A program made the position numbers and the translations under genes. A DNA stretch of 64,000 nt, taken from assembly GCA_951406725.2 (NCBI GenBank), contig OX597819.1, positions 88,970,001 to 89,034,000 of the forward strand, in the 5' to 3' direction. This document shows positions 11,600 to 23,975 of this stretch, in pieces (position 1 is the stretch's first letter; every line of letters begins with the position of its first letter). The notes under the pieces are model-generated. The model saw only the letters and a list, made by a program, of their open reading frames with translations, searched no databases and was not told the origin of the DNA. This DNA comes from Octopus vulgaris. Taxonomy: Eukaryota.

Positions 11600-11948
11600 C
11601 ACTGTGTGGCACCTTGGGCAAGTGTCTTTTACTACAGCCTCAAGCTGACCAAAGCCTTGTGACTGAATTGGTAGATGGTAACTGAAAGAGGTTTGTCGTG
11701 TGTGTGTGGTGTTTGTGCACTTGCATGTGCGTACCCTTGTCTAGACATTGTGTGATGTTTGTAAATGAGCATCACTGTCATATAAGCAAAGCCATTCTTT
11801 CTGGTGTTCTGTGAAAAACATGTTTGATTAGAGGAAATGTTAGCTTGCTTGGAGACAGTTGATGGGTTGGTCACAGGAAGGGCATCTGGCCATAAAAAAT
11901 CTGCCTCAACAAATTCTGTCTGTAGAAATATGATGATGATGATGATGA

Positions 11949-11950
<2 letters not shown>
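11600..11950 (+). mobile_element. SINE family F (family A head plus alternative (GAT)n-ending tail)
   Basis: A-type head, GT repeat, then a tail shared with 14675-15250, 30020-30455, 36330-36680, 45845-46080 and 59155-59400. Confidence 0.75.
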
Positions 11951-12004
<54 letters not shown>

Positions 12005-13108
12005 TAATTCCATCGACCAAATTTTACTCACAAGGCACTGGCAATATAGAAACTATGGTAGTAAACATTTGCTAAAGATATCATAGAAAGGGACAAAATC
12101 AAATTACATAGTTGTAAAGCTAACTTGTTAACCACAGAACCATGTCATGTGATTTGCTAAATCATTTATTCTGTCACTGTTTGTCTCTAAAAACTAATCT
12201 CCTACGAATGCCCTCAACTTGTTGAGGGTTAGGTTCAGAATCAAGGTCAGGGATCAGTTAACTCCGAAAGGATTAGTTTGTGACTGATATTTTCTGTCAG
12301 TGATGGTCTGCTTGTGATAGTTCCAATGATAAGCAGAACCATTTCATGCGAAATGTTATCTTTGGTTCCTTGATTTGACAGAGGTTAATCTAAAGAATGC
12401 AGAATCTGACTTGAGTCATTCCTAAGATCAATCATGGATGGAACCTAAATCATTAAGGAATAAGCAAGAGTTGATTTGTACATATAGCAACAATTACCGA
12501 ATAAAAATATTAAACTATATAAATAAAAAAAGGAAAGAAATGAAACAAAGTAAGAAAGAAAGAGTTTAATAAAAGAATTACAGATGAATTGAATAAAATA
12601 AGAAGCTATATAGATAAGAGAGATTTGCTGCAATAAAGAGAGAATTAGATCAAATGGAACCAAGAAAGAGGGAACAAAAGAGATAAGAAAGAGCTAACTA
12701 AAAAGAAAAAAAAAAGAGATGTTTAGAAAGAAAGTAAGAAACAAGGAAAGAAATTTAGTGAAAAAGACACACATCTGCATAGCTAGAATTAAAAATCTGA
12801 CAAGACTTAGAGCATGGATGAGAGAAAGAAGTTGATTAATTTGACTAGAGTGAGCAGAACATTCGCTATGCGAGCATCAAGTTCACAATCTTTTGCTTTG
12901 CAGCATGTAAGCATGTAACGCTATTTAAATTCTGTTCTCCTCAGTCAGTTTCTACTGACTCAGATCACATGTTTCATTATTGGAGATATGCTGGATTTGG
13001 AGAACGTTCTAGGTATTTCTACATCTAATGCAAATAATCTACAGTATTCAATTCATTTCACACACACACACACACACAAATGTTTGTAAAAACTGATACA
13101 TACAAATG

Positions 13109-13177
<69 letters not shown>

Positions 13178-13837
13178 CATATATATATGTGCATGTGTAT
13201 GACTGTATCTATGCAAGTATAAACAACTGCAGGTATGTACATACACACACACACATAATGGTATGAAACTATTAGTAGCTTTTTCAGTGGTGTATTTAAT
13301 TTGATATCAATCTTTCTATAGAAATAGAAATATATACACAGACATATATATATACTGGCTTGGTGATGCCCACTGGATTCAATTCATGAGAAACTGGTAT
13401 GACCACAGAGGCTGCATGAGAAGGTACACTGGTCAAGGTGGATTGTAGTGTCCTTGCTTTCCCTCCTATTTGTCTTCTCTGCAATGATTGTCCTGCAGGT
13501 GTCTTCAAAGGAGGTTGTTGCCCTGTGGACAGTCAGGCTTCATAATCAGTAGTTGATAAAAAAAATACCAATAAAGGTGGGAGAAATTTGTGGAACCATA
13601 AGACCCTTAGGCTGAATATCTTGCAGTATTTGTTCCAGTTCTTAGCATGCCTATCATTAAATTCCACCAAGGCCTTGGATGCAGATTTATGCTGTTGGGT
13701 GGCACAATACCATAACTGGTATCTTGATGGCACAACACCATAACTGGTTTATTCTGTTGCAAGCATTCAAGCCAGGTTCCTAGTTTGAAGATAATTTCCT
13801 TCTTCTTTTTCACCAGATTTTGAAGCCCTATAGTGAA

Positions 13838-14135
13838 GGTACATGGCTCAGTAATTAGAGGTTCAATTCCCAGACTGGGCCATGTGTTGTGTTCTTGAGC
13901 AAGACACTTTATTTCATGTTGTTCCAGTTCACTCAGCTGTAGAAATGAGTTGCAATGTCACTGGTGTCAAGCTGTGCCTTTCCCTTGGATAAAATTGGTG
14001 GCATGGAGAGGAGAAGCTGATATGCATGGACGGCTGCTGGTTTTCCATAAACAACCTTGCCTGGACTTATGCCCAGGAGGGTAACTTTCTAGGTGCAATC
14101 CCATGGTCATTCATGACCAATGGGGGTCTTTATCC
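13838..14135 (+). mobile_element. SINE family C (tRNA head plus CORE-like domain)
   Basis: GTGTTCTTGAGCAAGACACTT..CCAGTTCACTCAGCTG block. Related copies at 25822-26070 and 33535-33820. Confidence 0.7.
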
Positions 14136-14808
14136 TTTACCCTTTATAGAAGGTCATGAAAACTACCTTTCTTCTTGATGACAAGATAGAAAGAAAAAAA
14201 TTCTGGGCAGGGGTGTAAAGTGGATTTAAATTGATCTCAATACTTGACCGGTACTTTATTTTCTCAATCCTTGTTGTATGGAAGGTAACATCTGTCCTAG
14301 TAGGATTTGAACTCACAATGTAAAGCACCATAGTTAAATACCGAATTTTTTGGCATATAAGTCAAATTCTTCAGACCAACATTTACAGCCTGACTTATAC
14401 ATCAAAATTACTTTGGAAGATCAGACATTCCTGCAGGACAGTGATAATATTTTACTGTTTACACAATATAATGATGATTTGTATATCAGAAAAATACAAT
14501 ACTGCAAAAGAGCTGATAAGATCATTTTTGTATAAAAATTAGGAATGTTTGGGTATTTAACTTTGCTTAAGCATTCTCCAAAAAGTTAAACTAGAGGTAC
14601 CAGCAAGGAAGAATGAATTTACCAAGAGAAGAGTTGAATTTTTGAAAAATCTCCAGATATATCAGCTTTGTTTCATTATCATAATTTAAATGTACATTTT
14701 TCCATGCTAGAAAGGGTCAGACAGAGTTTATTGAGGCAGATTTTCTACAGTCAAATGTCTTTCCTGTCACCAAACCTCACCTGTTTCCAAGTAATATTTC
14801 CCCCATGG

Positions 14809-15023
14809 GAAGGCAGCGAGCTGGCAGAAACATTAGCATGCTGGGTGAAATGCTTAGCAGTATTTTGTCTGTCCTTACGTTTTGAGTTCAAATTCTGCTG
14901 AGGTCAACTTTGCTTTTAATCCTTTTGGGGTCGATAAATTAAGTACCAGTTGTGTACTGGGGTCGATCTAATTGACTGACCCCTGCCCCCAAAATTTCGA
15001 GTCTTGTGCCTAGAGTAGAAAAG
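14809..15023 (+). mobile_element. SINE family B inserted into a family F copy, with a 16-bp TSD
   Basis: AATATTTCCCCCATGG at 14793-14808 and 15024-15039. Body GAGCTGGCAGAA..GAGTTCAAATTC..GGGGTCGATAAATTAAGTACCAG. Confidence 0.9.
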
Positions 15024-15414
15024 AATATTTCCCCCATGGCCAGGTATGTTTTCACAGAGCCTTGAGAATGAAGGATATTTACTTGTATGACCCTCTCTGC
15101 TATCACATGATGCCAAAACAAGGAGACTCACACACACACATATAGAATGGGCTTCTTTCAGTTTTTTTCTACCAGATCCACTCATAAGGCTTTGGTCAGC
15201 CTGGAGTTTTTGTAGAAGGACACTTTCATGAACTTGAAACCATTGCTACAGCCATCATCATCGTTTAATGTTCGTTTTTCATGTCGGCATGGATTGGATG
15301 GCTTGACAGGGACTGGGAAGGCCATGGGCCATATCAGGTTCCATAGTCTGTTTTGGCCTGGACTCTACAGCTGGATGTCCTTTCTAATGCCAAACACTTT
15401 ACAGTGTACTGGGG

Positions 15415-15745
15415 TGCTTTTTACGTGGCACCAGCACCAGAGCTTATTGTGTGGCACCAGCACCTTTTATGTGACACCAGCACCAGGGCTTTTTATGTAA
15501 CATTAGCAGCGGTGCTTTTTATGTGGCACCAGCATCAGTGCTTTTTATGTGGAACCATTACCAGTGCTTTTTATGTGGCATTGGCACCAGTGCTTTTTAT
15601 GTGGCACCAGCATCAGTGTTTTTTAAGTGGAACCATCACCAGTGCTTTTTATGTGACATTGGCACCAGCACTTTTTATGTGGCACCAACACCAGTGTTGT
15701 TTATGTGGCACTAGCACCCACACTAATGTTATTTATGTGGCACCT
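15415..15745. repeat. About 26-bp minisatellite (about 13 units) inside a family D copy (15255-15790)
   Basis: Unit GTGCTTTTTATGTGGCACCAGCACCA with variants. Confidence 0.9.
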
Positions 15746-16348
15746 TGGATCTCAATTTTGCTGTGGTGGGCAGGTCTTCTTGATATGGTTAGGAAACAAA
15801 TTTCACAGCCAAACCCGAGTCTATATTGTTAAAGAATATTAGTAATGAGGAAATTTTTAAGTAATTCAGTTATTGTTGGTGCTTAGCTCAAGTCAGCCCT
15901 GATTGAGAATATCTATGATTAAAAGTATTCCAGTCATGACTACCCTATATTAGTCTTTTCTTTTTTTTTGTTGGCGAGTGGAAGGAGAGATGCAAGACTT
16001 TATAATCCAATATGTCATTTACTTGTCAAAGATGGTAAAACATGTGGTTTGATGGAAGGCCTGCCTGCCATTTCAAGCAGACCAAGTACACTACATAACA
16101 GTTTTCTTGTCACCTAAGAAGTAATTAGAAAGGTTAGCTGTTAAAAAACTACAAAAAATAATTTTTTTAAGCCACACACACAAATAGAATTGCCAATATT
16201 TGTATGCACATGTGTGCACATGCAGACACATGTACACACGATCTGTTTTTCTTTTATAAAAGTAGTTTTGAATAGAAAATAAAACTGACTTTCGAGTAAC
16301 ATTACATGATATTTTAAAAATTCTCTTTAAAAATACTTTCACAAAACA

Positions 16349-16386
<38 letters not shown>

Positions 16387-16651
16387 AAGGATATCTTGTG
16401 CACATGTACTTGAAATCAATAAATAACATCAACCACAACAACAACAACTATAATATTAAATAAAATTAAGTCAGGTGTATGTTTCTCTCTTATGACAAAT
16501 TCCAAGTTTTACTGCTGCGCAACATTTTCTATTGCACATCTTTTGTTCTTGCAAGGGTCGGATATTGGTTTTATAGCAACAGATAAATCAATAGCAAAAC
16601 GATTCCTGTCACTAGATCAGTAATGCTGACTCATTTTTCACAGATAAATAT

Positions 16652-17140
16652 AGGAGCAGGCATGGCTGTGTGGATAAGAAGTTTGTGTCAAAAATCGTTT
16701 TGTTTTGAGTTCAGTTCCATTTCACAGCACTTTGGGCAAATGTTTCCTGCTGTAACCCTGCATTGATCTGAATGAATTTGGTTTACAGAAGCTTTACAAA
16801 GCTCACTGTGTGTGTGTATGTGCGACTATCTATACATACATACATATATATATATCATCATCATCATCGTTTAACACCTGCTTTCCATGCTAGCATGGGT
16901 TGGACGATTTGACTGAGGACTGGCGAACCAGGCTCCAATGTAGGTCTGGCAGAGTTTCTACAGCTTGATGCCCTTCCTAACGCCAGCCACTCCGAGAGTG
17001 TAGTGGGTGCTTTTACGTGCCCCCAGCATGAGGGCCAGTCAGGCAGTACTGGCAACAGCCACGGAAAAATTGTGTTTTTTTTTTTTACGTGTCACCTGCA
17101 CACCGGCACAAGCACCAGTAGGGCAATGCTAGTAACAATC
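16652..17140. mobile_element. SINE A head (+) followed by family D copy (-)
   Basis: Similarity to other copies; the junction is at the central microsatellite. Confidence 0.8.
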
Positions 17141-18719
17141 ACATATATATATATATATAACACTATCTAGCTGTCTGCCTGTCTATCTATCTCTATCTTA
17201 TGTGTACAATAAGATGTATGGCTACTGTTGTATGAGTTAGAGCTCCTTGTAGATTATCATTAGATATTAGATTTCTGTAACATAATAAGTGTTTTCTTGA
17301 TGATCCATTGAGGTTAAGCATCTAACTGCATTTAGAACATCCAATGCTGAGTTCTAAATAACTGCAATGGTGAAATGTAAGTAGAACCTAAATACTCACA
17401 CTAGTGTTATACTTATATACTATGTATATAAGTATGTGTGTTTTATGTGTGTGTGTGTGTGAGTGAGAGAGAGAGGGACACACACACACACACACACCAT
17501 GCAAAATATATAATAGAGCATCCAAAAAATATATATCTATTGGTTCAATGATACCCTTGAAATAACTGGTGCTTTTTCTATTACCAGCGCAAAAGGATGA
17601 AGCACAAAGCTAACTCAAGCCAACAAGAGAGCATATATGCAGTTGCTTGACCTGCTACAAAGAGCAGCTATATTCCTCAAACCACACTCTATATTCCATT
17701 TTCAGAAGGAAAGGATACACTAGACTGTGGTGGTCTTACATACATTCTGCTTGAATGCAATGTAAGTTGCAATGGTCATGGCTGGAACACCTTTGATGAT
17801 AAGTCTTTTCAGTCAGGTTTGATTTGGACTAAACAACAAAAAAGCTCATTTCTGATGGGATTTGAACCCTGAACCTAGAGGAAAAGGAAGGAGAAGCAAA
17901 CTTAATGCAGTAAGGTGTTTAGAACAGATAATCCATTGTTTCTGACATTTCCTAGTTTGAGATTATTTAAATACTTATGAAGTTGTTAAGCTCTAAGACA
18001 GATCTACGATCAGTCATGTTCCAGTGAAAGACTACCATGTTTTTATCTGGACAATGCATCTCGGAACATATTATATAGCATGTCAAATTTTGTAATTGTT
18101 GTTTAACTTACAGACAGATCTCATGGAGTAGAATTATGATCAACCATGTTCTATCACTTAATTTTATCCAGACAGAGCATTTAGGACTACATTATTCAAT
18201 GCATCCTGCTTTGTAGTTATTATTGTTGAACCCCAAAACAGATCTGCCAAACAGATAGATGTTCAAAGGTGTTCAAGCCTAGCCAATTGGTCTTTTTAGA
18301 TTAAGACTGTTCAATAGATCTTTTCCTTTAGTAAGACAACAGAGGGAGATTTAGCAGTATTCCTAATAAATCAAGAGACCACACTGTTTCAAAATAACAT
18401 TTTTGAATAAGTTGCAAAGATGGAGGAAATATAGTAGGCAGAACCAACCACAGATTAATTAACCAGTTAGTTCTTACTTTATTCACCTCTGATGGACAAT
18501 GAAAATAGAAGTCAGCTCAACAGGATTTGAACTCAAAGCATAGACAATTGAAAATGAATACCCCAAAGTATTTTATTCAGTACTATAGCATTGTTGTTAA
18601 CCTGCTGGTCCACAGATCAATGAGAGAAACTCAGTGTCAAGAGTGTCTAACACATGGCCCATGAGTATGTGTGTGACACACCCCTTGTATAGAGGTTCTC
18701 TTGTTTAGTTCAACATTCA

Positions 18720-18752
<33 letters not shown>

Positions 18753-19203
18753 GTGACAGGTAGTTTCTTCATACCTGAAGATCATGAGGAAAAGTGGCAC
18801 AACCTCAAGTGGCTATGTAAATTGCTTCTTGATGCTGTGGTGTGCTTTTCTTCCTGCCTTCACATAGTAGTTCTAAAGTGAGAGTCACTGCATGTGATCT
18901 GACCCCACAGCAGCTCAACAGGCTAAGACAGCTCCAGTGACCAACAAGTTGTAGGTTTTACATTAGAGTGCCTGGAGAGATCCACCTATCCTGGAGTTGT
19001 TGGAAGGGTATCAAAGACGGCACCGGACTGCCTGAGAGACTTCATATAAATACACATGTATAAATGTATGCAAGTATGTCTAGGCTAGAAGCTAGAATAG
19101 CAGAAGACACTATCTAAGGTACCACATAGTCAGATTAAAGTTAGGTTTATGTGCTTGGGTTGCAAAGCAAGCTAGTCATATCAGCACTCATCAATAAGTT
19201 TAA

Positions 19204-19905
19204 CCTTTTAGCGTTTAAACCAGCCATATCCAGCCAAAATATTTCACCTGTTTTTATCTTGAATTCAGCCAGATCTAGCCTCTCATACTTACTCTACAAT
19301 GTCAATTTAAAAATAAACAATCACATCATCAAAATCTCAAAGCTATGAGATAGTACATGATCAATTCAAAACAATGTGAATATATACCGTAAATCCTCGA
19401 GTATAGTCTGCCATTGAGTATAATATGCAGGGGATTTTTAGGGGGCTGTACTTCTGAAAACCTAAACTTTGTGTATAATACGCACCCCTCCTCTAACTTG
19501 AGTCAAGGAGGTCTATATAACGTCCTTGGTTTGTAAAACTGTATACGGTAACATCCTTTATTATTATTGTATATATAACATAATGCAAATGTGAAGCTTT
19601 TTTGTGCATTTTGTTTGCAGAAAATAAAGAAATAACAGTAATAACATTTAATAAATGTTGCTTACAGCAAATTATGGATGATCCTTTTATGACTTCATTG
19701 CTTTCGGGCTTAGCTTAAGATATTTTCATGCCCTACATCACAAAGTGCGTCGGAATAAACATTGCTGGACAGTAAATAGAGACTTGGACGTTGCTTAGAA
19801 AATAATTTTCATTTTTAACCTCGTATATAGTACGCACTAGGGATTTTGACCGTTAAATTTTGGGGATAGCATTTCATTTGACAGAATAATCTGAATGCTA
19901 AAGGC
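19204..19905 (-). mobile_element. piggyBac-like MITE split by a nested element
   Basis: TTAA at 19200-19203 and 19906-19909. The two halves match the reverse complement of 854-1064. Confidence 0.8.
19387..19866. mobile_element. Tc1/pogo (Tigger)-like non-autonomous element, right end lost
   Basis: Begins TA|CCGTAAATCCTCGAGTATA, resembling pogo/Tigger TIRs. CpG-rich; interrupts the piggyBac-like MITE. Confidence 0.6.
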
Positions 19906-20479
19906 TTAATATAAATATGCTGAACCTCAGTATAACTGTAGTGAAGAGAGGGTTAAAACAAGAGTTAGTCATCTCCATTTAATAAATAAAAAACCATGAA
20001 AAGGATGACATCTGTTTCAGGTTAAAGAATATCGATGTAACTTTATGGCAATAAAATCGAAGACAATCAGTAAAAACTTTCATTGTTTTGGTTACTATAT
20101 TATTTTGCCGCTTGTTGATTCTAAAAAATTATCATCTTCTTTCTTTACTTTCTTATTTGGAAAGATTTCGCTTATTAAATCTGTTATATTTTTAATTTAA
20201 AAATGAATTCAGTTCCAATTGTATTTAAATAAATTTCACACAAACTCATGTGCACACACTAATATACACTTGCACATTCATATACAAATGCATGTACTCC
20301 TAAAAAGGTAAATGTTTACAAAAAAAAACAATCAAATTCAGAAAATATAAAACTAAAAAAACCATGATGACAATTTAAGACCAATATCAATAAAAGATAG
20401 CAGAAACAAAGAGAAAGAGATAGAAAATAATAAAGAAACCAATAGAATGATGACAAAGGACTCTCTCTCTCTCTCTGGG

Positions 20480-20829
20480 CATAATGTTTAGTGGTATTTT
20501 GTCTGCCACTATGTTCTGAGTTCAAATTCTGCCAAGGTCGACTTTGCCTTTTACACTTTTTGGATTGATAAATCAAGTACCAGTTGAGTACTGGATGGAG
20601 ACAATGTGATCGACTGTCCCCCTCCCCACAAAATCCAGGCCTTGTCCGATAGTAGAAAGGATAATTATTATTATTATTATTATTATTATGAGTATAAATT
20701 CTGCAGAGGTTGACTTTGCCTTTCATCCTTTTGGAGTCAATAGATTAAGCACCAATGAAATACTGGGGTTGATATAATCGACTAGTCCCCTCCCCACAAA
20801 TTCCAGGCCTTGTACCTTTAGTAGTAAGG

Positions 20830-20872
<43 letters not shown>
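20480..20872 (+). mobile_element. Two tandem SINE family B copies with (ATT)n tails
   Basis: Repeated GACTTTGCCTTT..AAGTACCAG..AATTCCAGGCCTTGT..(ATT)n. Confidence 0.85.
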
Positions 20873-20874
<2 letters not shown>

Positions 20875-21202
20875 CAGCAGAAGTTACAGAGTAACTCAAA
20901 GACTGAGAGTATCAAACTGGTTTCAAATCAAGAATTACTCTGGATTGTTCTGGAACAAATTATAAAAACAATTACGTCACATGATAATGCCTATTTTCCA
21001 AAAGGTTTACTTCATTCAATAAATAAATAATAAATAAAGAATCCTTATTTATTCATTTATTTACTCCAAAACAATCCTGGGAAATTCCATTATCACTGGA
21101 ATATTGCTGGTATGCTGCCTTGATTTGAAACCAGTTTGGTAAGTGCCAACACATGAAACTCTCGGCCTTTGAGACACTCAGCAACTTCTGCCAGTTATTA
21201 AT
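20868..21202. mobile_element. Old fold-back MITE with long imperfect TIRs
   Basis: Left GCAGAAGTT..CTCAAAG..GAGAGT..AAACTGGTTTCAAATCAAG is the reverse complement of right CTTGATTTGAAACCAGTTT..ACTCTC..CTTTGAG..AACTTCTGC. Confidence 0.75.
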
Positions 21203-21269
21203 GAAAAAATACATATATTTTCATGTTTTGAGTTCTTTTTTCCTGCTTGAATCATCAAACGAGTATCAT

Positions 21270-22650
21270 CTATCTCTCTTTCTCGATAGAAAAGAAGCGA
21301 CAGAGTAAGGAAGAAAGACATAGAGGCCTATCGTTGATAGAAACAAGGAAATCAACAGTAACGGAAATGAGATGAAAAGCAAGAGAAGAAAAATAAAGAG
21401 AAGAAAGAAGTGTAAAAAGACAAGAGAGAGAGAGAGAGCGGTGAAAGAGAGAAAGTAAAGAGTAAAAGTAGGCAGAGAATGGAGAGAGACGTAGAGAGCG
21501 TGGGAACAAAAAAAAAAGAAAAGGACGGAGAAGAAAGAGAACAAAGCAGGAAATTGGAGAAAGAGAAAGGAAGTTATGTAAGACAGAATGAAAGAAACAG
21601 AGGGACCATTAGAAAGAGGAGAAAAAACAGTGAAAGAGTTTAAAAAAAAACCCAGAAAACTATGATGATGATGATTTCTTTTATTAGCCATAGGGGTATA
21701 CAAGAGTGGGGACATCATAAAGGGGAAACTTAGTTGAGAAAGACAAAATAAGAAAGTGAGTGGAATGTGGAGAGAAAGTGAAAGAAATAAGAGCTAGTAA
21801 AAGAAAGAGGAATACGTAAAAGTTAGAAGAGATAAGAGAGTCTTGAGAGAGAGAGGGGAAGAAATAAGAGATCCTGTAAGTGATAACGGATGATGTTTAA
21901 AAGTATAAGGAATAAAGGTAAAAAAAAAAAATTGGGGAGAATAAAAAGGGTGTCAGTAGAATTAAGGAATAAGAGCTAAATACGAGAGAAAGAGAGAAAT
22001 AAAATAGGAGGGTAAATGAGAGAAGAGAGAATGTGTAGAAGAGAAATAAGAAATAGGGATACACAAGAAAGTGAAAGAGAAGTAGAGAGATAAGAGGCCG
22101 TGTGTGTGAGAAAGAGAAAATATAAAAATGTAAGGAAGAGAGAGAGAGAGTATTATTAAGAGCTACTACAAATTAATATGTAAATATTCAAGAAATGAAT
22201 TTGAGAGAGAAGCAGAGATATAATATAGGAAAGTTAGTAAGCGGAAAGAGACTATGGAAGAATATAAAAGATATAGTGAAGACTTGAGAGGAGGAGGAAT
22301 AAAGAGAAACAGGTATAATCGTAAAGGTATGTGAGATAAAAAGAAAAAATGGTAGAATGAGAAAGAGAGGAGGTAGAGAAGGAGAGAGATGAAGGAGAGT
22401 CAGAGGGAGAGGGAAAGAGGGGGTGGGCTAGAAGTGGAAAGAGTAAAAGAGAGGTGGAAAGAGGGGGCGGGTTAGAAGTGGAAAGAGTAAGAGGGAAGAA
22501 AGAGAGATGATAGAGAAAAGGTAAGAGATAATAGAGGGAGGGGAAGAAGGATGATAGAGCAAGGGAAAGAGAGAAGATAAAGGAAGGGAGAGAGACAGGT
22601 GACCGAGAGAGAGAGTGGGGAAGAGATGATAGAGAGGAATACGTGAAAAG
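21270..22650 (+). repeat. About 1.4 kb purine-rich (GA) low-complexity tract
   Basis: Strong A/G skew on the plus strand; explains the Leu/Phe/Ser-rich spurious minus-strand ORFs. Confidence 0.9.
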
Positions 22651-23000
22651 AATGAAGTTTTTTCTTGCATTGTGTAAAACGGTGGCAAGTCAATCAAGAA
22701 CTCTGAACCGAACTCTGCTGACGAAATTAATTGACAAACGTTTTTATAACGAACTGAAGGTTTGTTTGTTAAATGCTAGCTTTATTTTGTTTCACCGTAA
22801 ATAGTTGATTTGGGAAAAGAACTATTGTCAACAATGGACATTGGCTGGCTTCATTCCGTCTTTCTCTTGAAAAAAAAAAAAAAAAAATATGACAAAACGA
22901 AATAAAATAGAGCAAAACCTCCAAAAAAGACTTCAGACCACAACTGGATGCCAATATTTGTCTTTTAAGGAGGAGGAGTGGGGGTCGAAACAAGGTGCGT
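22400..23000 (+). promoter_or_regulatory. Candidate promoter / first exon in a CpG-retaining island
   Basis: G4-capable GGG runs at 22405-22427, GC box GGGGCGGG at 22464-22471, a unique CpG-containing segment at 22650-22995, and donor-like CAAG|GTGCGT at 22994/22995. Confidence 0.4.
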
Positions 23001-23679
23001 GTGTGTGTGAATGAGTGAGTATGAGTATGTGAATGCATGTATGTAAGTGTGTGCGGTGTGTGACTGTGAGACTATATATGTGTATGTAAGCGTGTAAATA
23101 TGTGAGACTGTCTATTCATAAACATCTCTCTATATATGTCTACGTGCATGTGTGCTTAATTTTACAGTTGAGATTTTTTAATGGTTTTTTTTTTTTATAT
23201 TTCGAGGGATGTTTTTTCTCTCTCTTTCCTACATGTTTGAAATTCTCTCTTCATTTATCGACATTTCTGTTTTTTATTTATATTTATTCAGCAGTGTTAT
23301 TTATTTCTTTTTTCATTTTCTTTTCAAAGTGACATATTACGCAAACACTGACTTATTTCTATCGTTTGCTCATCAAAACTAGGATAAAGGAAGAAGAGGA
23401 TGAGGAAAAACGAGGCACAAGAGGAGAGAGAGAGAGAGAGAGAGAGAAAAGAGCGGGTTTTATATTTTTAACTTCAATAAAATAAAGTTTAAACTCATTC
23501 ACAAACACACATACACAAGTGTCTGCACACAAACACTTGTTTGCATACACATCCAATCAATTTTTATTTCACAAAGATAAAGGAACTTGGATTTGCTGCT
23601 GCCGTTCTTCATTGTATAACTCTGGTTGAGTAGAGCAATGGTCAAAAGTAATCCTACCACGATCGCAATGGCTTTTTGT

Positions 23680-23975
23680 GGGAGGATGGGTGTGCGCGGT
23701 TTTGTTGTTAATAAACTTTACTTCCAAACTGTGTGGTCTTGGGTTCAGTCCATTGAGCGACACTTTGGCTTGTGTCTTCTTCTACAGCTTCGAGCTGACC
23801 AAAGCCTTGTGAGAGGATTTAGTGGACGAAAACTGGAAGAAGCATGTCGTGTGTGCGTGTGTGTCCCCACACTGCTTAACAATCAGTGGTGGTTCGTTTA
23901 CGTTCCTGTAACTTAAGCGATAAGACAAAAAAAGACTGATAGAATAAGTACGGGGGTCGATTTCTTCGCCTAAAC
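23680..23975 (+). mobile_element. SINE family A, diverged, interrupted by a hAT MITE
   Basis: Family A head and tail sequence up to GGGGTCGATTTCTTCGCCTAAAC. Confidence 0.8.

Noticed and set aside
13340-13830. Minus-strand KKEIIFKLGT peptide reminiscent of a Penelope GIY-YIG C-terminus
   Set aside because: The match is too short and no supporting hammerhead or RT motif was found.
15353-15832. 159-aa ORF with repeated peptide; superficially CRISPR-like repeat array
   Set aside because: It reads through a 26-bp minisatellite in a retroposon. The units are contiguous with no unique spacers, there are no cas genes, and the context is eukaryotic.
21266-22697. Hydrophobic Leu/Phe/Ser-rich minus-strand ORFs resembling membrane proteins
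   Set aside because: Artefact of the polypyrimidine strand of the GA tract.
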